Assembly (NCBI GenBank): GCA_030264375.1
Contig: JASCQW010000099.1
Location: 45,643,514 to 45,707,513, forward strand
DNA from: Carcharhinus longimanus
Lineage: Eukaryota
DNA: 64,000 nt
Direction: 5' to 3'
Position numbers and translations under genes: made by a program. The first letter of the stretch is position 1. Every line of letters starts with the position of its first letter. Shown piece by piece: positions 63,916-64,000 of the stretch. Below the pieces are notes generated by a model that worked only from the letters and a program-made list of their open reading frames with translations, was not told where the DNA came from and searched no databases.

Positions 63916-64000
63916 GCTGAGTTGTGATGACTAGGGAGATCTTGAAATGATGGGCGGATTCCTATTCCAGGATTCCTGACCCTAGTCTTGGGTTGTCTGA

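Noticed and set aside
1-64000. Prokaryote-type systems (CRISPR arrays, operons, defence islands) and rRNA
   Set aside because: The sequence is eukaryotic intron; there are no regularly spaced repeat-spacer arrays, dense long ORFs or rRNA motifs.

Overview
AT-rich vertebrate genomic DNA with about 11 N-gaps. The repeat content (HE1/V-type SINEs, CR1/HER1-like and Rex1/Babar LINEs, Penelope-like ends, Harbinger-like MITEs) points to a cartilaginous fish, most likely a shark. The window lies inside a + strand alpha-neurexin gene, most likely NRXN1. I can support only two coding exons. One is the 120-nt exon for the third EGF domain (13574-13693). The other, about 400 nt upstream, is a 27-nt in-frame microexon (13140-13166) encoding VALMKADLQ. 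This matches the neurexin alternative splice site 6 (SS6) insert as I recall it from mammals, and it is missing from the ORF track. The rest is intron filled with decayed, often nested transposable elements, and nearly all ORF-track entries are spurious or TE fragments. The most notable observations are the microexon and its splicing motifs, a candidate upstream stop-containing acceptor, a ~140-bp inverted templated copy that could form pre-mRNA dsRNA, hammerhead-ribozyme-like cores in Penelope relics, and a decayed two-LTR retroelement with nested LINEs. TE boundaries are by-eye estimates and family names come from recalled consensus motifs, not from database searches.
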